A DNA stretch of 28,657 nt, from positions 1 to 28,657 of the forward strand of contig JAHFOI010000013.1 of the NCBI GenBank assembly GCA_023266895.1, written 5' to 3'. The stretch comes from Candidatus Woesearchaeota archaeon (GTDB lineage Archaea; Nanobdellota; Nanobdellia; Woesearchaeales; ARS49). The notes below the pieces were generated by a model. The model was not told the DNA's origin and searched no databases. It was given only the letters and a program-made list of their open reading frames with translations. Positions 25,151 through 28,657 of this stretch are shown here, one piece after another; position 1 is the first letter of the stretch; every line of letters begins with the position of its first letter. Made by a program: the position numbers and the translations under genes.

Positions 25151-26917
25151 CTATTCTGTCCTTCCTCGTTGTTTTTCATAAATTCTTTTCACGTCTTCAA
25201 GTGTGCTTATGTCGTGGGGTCCTTTATCTTCGCGTAGTCTGATAAATCGTGGAAATCGAAGCGCGTATCCTGAGCTGTAAGATGGTGATTCTTGGACTTC
25301 TTCGTAATGTACTTCTATTACAATTGTTGGCTGTACAAGTACCTCTCGTTCTTTTTCTGTGAGAATACGTGGTTTGAGGAGTTCCGTGAGCTGTTCAAAG
25401 CTTGTGCCTTCTTCTGTTTTTTCTTTAAAACCTGTGCCTACTCTTCCTATTTCTTGAAAGGTTCCATCATCTGTGCGTACTGCAATAATAAAGCTTGCAA
25501 GCCATTTGCTTCGCTTGCCTTCGCCCCATTCTGCACCAACAATGACCACGTCAAGCGCATCAAGTATTGGTTTTATTTTAACTCCTCCACCAACATGTCT
25601 TCCTGGTTGGTATGCTGCAGTTATGTTTTTGACCATCATGCCTTCTTCGCCTGCAGCAAGTGATTGTTGATAGAACTTTTCTGCTTTTGTAGCACTGTCA
25701 GTAATAAGTTGTTCTGAAAGTCGTATGATTTGTTTTTGTTGTGTCATGGCTTTTTCAAGAATGGTGCGTCGTTGTCGAAATGGTTCTTGAGTAATATCTT
25801 TTTCTTTGGAGTATAAAATGTCAAATACAACTAATTCCATGGGGTAGTCACGAGACATTTTTGTAATATCATATTTTCGTTTGATGCGTTGGCTTATTTT
25901 TTGAAAGGGTACATATTTTTTTGTTATAGAATCATAACCTACTGCTTCTGCATCAAGAATGCAAGTATCAAGGTTCACATGTTCTTTGATTGCGCAAACA
26001 ATATCTGGAAATTGAGCACTTACGTTTTCTAGTCTTCTGGTAAACAACAACACCTGTGTTCCGATTTTATGAATTTGTAATCGGAAGCCGTCATATTTGT
26101 ATTCAAATGCTGCTGGTGTTCCTACTGCGTCAAATGCTTCTGTTATGCTTTCTGCTTTTGGGTAAAGCATGACATTGAACGGTTTTCCTGGAATAAGTGT
26201 GAGTGTGGTAATCGCAGTGAATCCTTTACGTGCTGCTCGTGCAACAAGGCTAAAGTCATTAGTTAAGTCATAGGCACGTTGCACTGCAAGAGCATACTGA
26301 TTGTATTGTTCGCGATTGTCATCAGGTAATTTGAACGTATTGTCATGAGCACTATATTGAATTCCTAGTTCTTTGCCAAAAAATGCCCAGATAATTGCAT
26401 CACGCATTGTGCCTTCGCCAAGTCCTATTCTAAGATCTTCAAGTACAGTTCGTACAACATAGTTTGCTTCTTTTGGTGTTGCGCTGGTGAGAAGATCTAC
26501 AATAAGACTAAGTTTTTTATCTACAGTTCCTGTTCCTTGAATGGCTGCGATTTTTTGCAGGTTATCAAAGACTTTTCGTGTAGTCAGTACTGCAAAGGTA
26601 AGTGTTGCTTGTTGTTTTTTCTTTTTTATGTGTTCAGTCACATCTCCAAGGTTGCCCATTTTTTTCCATTGTTGCTCAATAACTTCAGTGTCAGCGCCTG
26701 TAGCAAGAGCTATTGCTTTGAGCACAAGTTTTGATGCTATGCCTATGACTCGTTCATCCCATACCGGAAATACTCGTCCTTCGATGAGTAAGCATACTTC
26801 TTCATATTCCTTTTCCGGTAGGTGTTGAATAAATTCTGCAAGAATGTTTGTTTTTTCCAAGCGTTTGCTTGTATGTTCAAGCTGTTCATACAACTGAACA
26901 AGCGCAGCGTATTCCAT
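25151..26917 (-). CDS. lig: ATP-dependent DNA ligase
   Basis: FEYKYDGFRLQIHKIG (KxDG active site), DAEAVGYDSITKKYVPFQKISQRIKRKYDI, EEGMMVKNITAAYQPGRH, VGRVGTGF, YSLRFPRFIRLREDK-like ALRFPRFIRLREDKGPHD. ATG 26917 preferred; the track start at 26923 is a TTG. Confidence 0.94.
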   Translation of the reverse strand: MEYAALVQLYEQLEHTSKRLEKTNILAEFIQHLPEKEYEEVCLLIEGRVFPVWDERVIGIASKLVLKAIALATGADTEVIEQQWKKMGNLGDVTEHIKKKKQQATLTFAVLTTRKVFDNLQKIAAIQGTGTVDKKLSLIVDLLTSATPKEANYVVRTVLEDLRIGLGEGTMRDAIIWAFFGKELGIQYSAHDNTFKLPDDNREQYNQYALAVQRAYDLTNDFSLVARAARKGFTAITTLTLIPGKPFNVMLYPKAESITEAFDAVGTPAAFEYKYDGFRLQIHKIGTQVLLFTRRLENVSAQFPDIVCAIKEHVNLDTCILDAEAVGYDSITKKYVPFQKISQRIKRKYDITKMSRDYPMELVVFDILYSKEKDITQEPFRQRRTILEKAMTQQKQIIRLSEQLITDSATKAEKFYQQSLAAGEEGMMVKNITAAYQPGRHVGGGVKIKPILDALDVVIVGAEWGEGKRSKWLASFIIAVRTDDGTFQEIGRVGTGFKEKTEEGTSFEQLTELLKPRILTEKEREVLVQPTIVIEVHYEEVQESPSYSSGYALRFPRFIRLREDKGPHDISTLEDVKRIYEKQRGRTE

Positions 26918-26962
26918 ATTCAAAAAGAGTTATCATGTGTTTTTAAACATGTCTAAGAACTG

Positions 26963-27128
26963 GGCTCTGTCCTAAATCTCGGTTTTGACCTCGCCAGCTC
27001 TGCCGTGCTCGCAGTCTATAATACTTCCCGTTTTGCCCTACAGCCTCGGTATCATCGGGCAGGCACAGTTTACACCAGAACCTGCGCGCACCGAAAAGGA
27101 GGCAGAGCTGGACATTTAGGACAGAGCC
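26963..27128. mobile_element. MITE-like element, 166 bp, with terminal and nested inverted repeats
   Basis: Perfect 15-bp TIRs GGCTCTGTCCTAAAT (26963-26977) and ATTTAGGACAGAGCC (27114-27128), flanked by direct repeats TAAGAACTG (26954-26962 and 27129-27137). Nested CCAGCTCTGCC/GGCAGAGCTGG and GTGCTCGCAG/CTGCGCGCAC. Confidence 0.85.
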
Positions 27129-27229
27129 TAAGAACTGAGTTGGTATGAAAAACCTGACAAATGTCATGCGCCTACACAAAGAACTTGATTGGGAAAACAC
27201 TTATATACTTCTCGTGGTGCTCGTGTAGT

Positions 27230-27871
27230 ATGGATATTGAGAAAGCCATTCAGTTAAGGCGTAGTGTTCGTAAGTATCTTGATATTCCTGTGGAGATGGA
27301 AAAGGTTGGCAAGATTCTTGATGCAGGGCGTTTTGCTCCTTCTGGTGGCAATATTCAACCATGGCGTTTTGTGCTCATAACTGATCCTGATGCACGTCAA
27401 AAAATTGGGGAGGCGTGTGTGCAACAGCATTGGATGGCACGTGCGCCTTTGCATATTGTTGTTGGTGTTGAGCCACATAAATCAAAACGTATGTATGGTG
27501 AGCGTGGCGAAAAAAGATATGCATTATTTGATGGTGCTGCTGCTGTTGAGAACATGTTATTAGTTGCAACTGCACAAGGTCTGGGTTCCTGCTGGGTTGC
27601 AGCGTTTGATGATGAAGCTCTTGCTCAAGTGGTTGGTGCACCAGGTAACGCAATTATTGTTGGCGTGCTTACCATTGGTTATTCTGATGAAAACCCTGTC
27701 ATGCCTCTGCGTTATTCTCTTGAAAATGTAGTGTTCATTAATGAGTGGGGCTCACGCAGAAAAGATTTTGCAGCATGGTATGGGTACACATCTCATCACG
27801 TGCAGAACTTGCTCAAAAAAGGCAAAGGTATGCTTGAAAAAATTAAAGACAAAGTACAGGACGTGAAGTAG
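27230..27871 (+). CDS. Nitroreductase family protein
   Basis: MDIEKAIQLRRSVRKYLDIPVEMEKVGKILDAGRFAPSGGNIQPWRFVLI...GAAAVENMLLVATAQGLGSCWVAAFD. TTATATA ends 22 nt before ATG 27230. Confidence 0.9.
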   Translation: MDIEKAIQLRRSVRKYLDIPVEMEKVGKILDAGRFAPSGGNIQPWRFVLITDPDARQKIGEACVQQHWMARAPLHIVVGVEPHKSKRMYGERGEKRYALFDGAAAVENMLLVATAQGLGSCWVAAFDDEALAQVVGAPGNAIIVGVLTIGYSDENPVMPLRYSLENVVFINEWGSRRKDFAAWYGYTSHHVQNLLKKGKGMLEKIKDKVQDVK

Positions 27872-27912
27872 ACACGTATAGCACGCGTTTTGTTTTTTGG
27901 AAAATTTTTGTT

Positions 27913-27958
27913 ATAGCGAATGACATAACTTGTTAGACATTCAGATGTCATTCGCTAT
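27913..27958. repeat. Perfect 14-bp inverted repeat (hairpin)
   Basis: ATAGCGAATGACAT (27913-27926), 18-nt loop, ATGTCATTCGCTAT (27945-27958). Confidence 0.93.
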
Positions 27959-28088
27959 TACGAACGGTTGCGAGAGTCTTGCGGACCTACGAACCGAAGT
28001 GAGTATGGACACGTATTGTATAAAAACTTTTGTCAGTGAGTATAGAATTGCCTTTCTGTTTGCTGTCCTTTTTTCTCTTCTTTCACGA

Positions 28089-28152
28089 AAAACGCGTTTG
28101 GTGTTTCTAAGAGTCGTCACGCGTTCGCGACTCCAAAATCCAAACGCGTTTT
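28089..28152. repeat. Nested inverted repeat, 13-bp outer arms
   Basis: AAAACGCGTTTGG (28089-28101) and CCAAACGCGTTTT (28140-28152), with inner GAGTCG (28111-28116)/CGACTC (28128-28133). Confidence 0.92.
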
Positions 28153-28570
28153 CCTGGCATATGAAGAAACGGGGCAACACACACTAAAGCCATTCAAAAC
28201 TTTTTCCGACGAGAAATCGCACAAATCTGATAAAAAACATAACAAAAACCCAAATTCTACTACTACGATATACACATTGTAGATTGAGAGTCTTTTTATA
28301 TGAGCTGAGTTAAACAAAAAAGAAATTTGGGTTGTTACGTGGTTTGGCGACCAGCGCAACAATAAATATTATCGTGTTCCGTTTGGCGACGGCTTGTATT
28401 GATTACTGTGAAGTTCGTTTCTCGCATTCAACTTATTGGCGTAAGTCAAAAGCACGACTTCTAGACGTGGGAAAAAGAGCGAGCATAAATAGTTTTCCGT
28501 GGCGGAGAATATATGTTCAAGACCATACAAAAAAACAAAAAAAACCTTTGGGGAAAAAGGGGGATGAACA

Positions 28571-28657
28571 ATGGAAATGTTTGCAGAACAAGCAAAAGAA
28601 GCATCTTACTCCGAACTGGAAGTAGGACAATGTAATATTAAGGTAATCGGTACTGGT
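28571..28657 (+). CDS. ftsZ: FtsZ/tubulin-superfamily GTPase, partial (N-terminus only)
   Basis: Missing from the track because it is open-ended. Translation MEMFAEQAKEASYSELEVGQCNIKVIGTG matches the start of an FtsZ Rossmann strand plus the beginning of its glycine-rich loop (IKVIGxGG). Confidence 0.7.
   Translation, partial: MEMFAEQAKEASYSELEVGQCNIKVIGTG

Noticed and set aside
26943-27200. 85-aa minus-strand ORF spanning the MITE-like element
   Set aside because: It is produced by reading through the inverted-repeat element; the composition and the TIR/TSD structure argue against coding.
27930-28187. 85-aa (+) and 79-aa (-) ORFs in the ftsZ-upstream gap
   Set aside because: Both overlap the palindromes, have no promoter at the expected spacing, and show no recognisable motifs.

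Overview
The window is archaeal chromosomal DNA. It carries an archaeal SMC start, prolyl oligopeptidase, archaeal RNase HII, Rpo11, RNase P Rpp21, CarS, Hel308-like, ATP DNA ligase and FtsZ-like genes. The gene set and the bacterial-type GAPDH suggest a DPANN/Woesearchaeota-like lineage, which is inference. About 23 protein-coding genes and 3 tRNA genes are supported. Two of the tRNAs, Asn-GTT and Arg-GCG, carry ~21-22 nt introns. Many genes show a TATA-like box ending 21-25 nt before the ATG, which suggests leaderless transcripts. The main non-routine observations are: (1) an island at about 9.8-13.5 kb with three winged-helix/coiled-coil-type proteins, G-poor intergenic DNA, a TGGGACT iteron-like array next to a promoter, and an (AC)14 tract; (2) a 166-bp MITE-like element with 15-bp perfect TIRs and a 9-bp direct repeat, next to the ligase promoter; (3) an N-terminal fragment of Dph2 abutting a Hel308-like protein that lacks its whole RecA1 domain; (4) a tandem pair of paralogous small membrane proteins beside carS and a membrane-anchored alpha/beta-hydrolase; (5) strong inverted repeats in the 700-bp gap upstream of an FtsZ-like gene. 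No CRISPR array, autonomous transposase or rRNA was seen. All family calls come from motif recognition by eye, with no database search.
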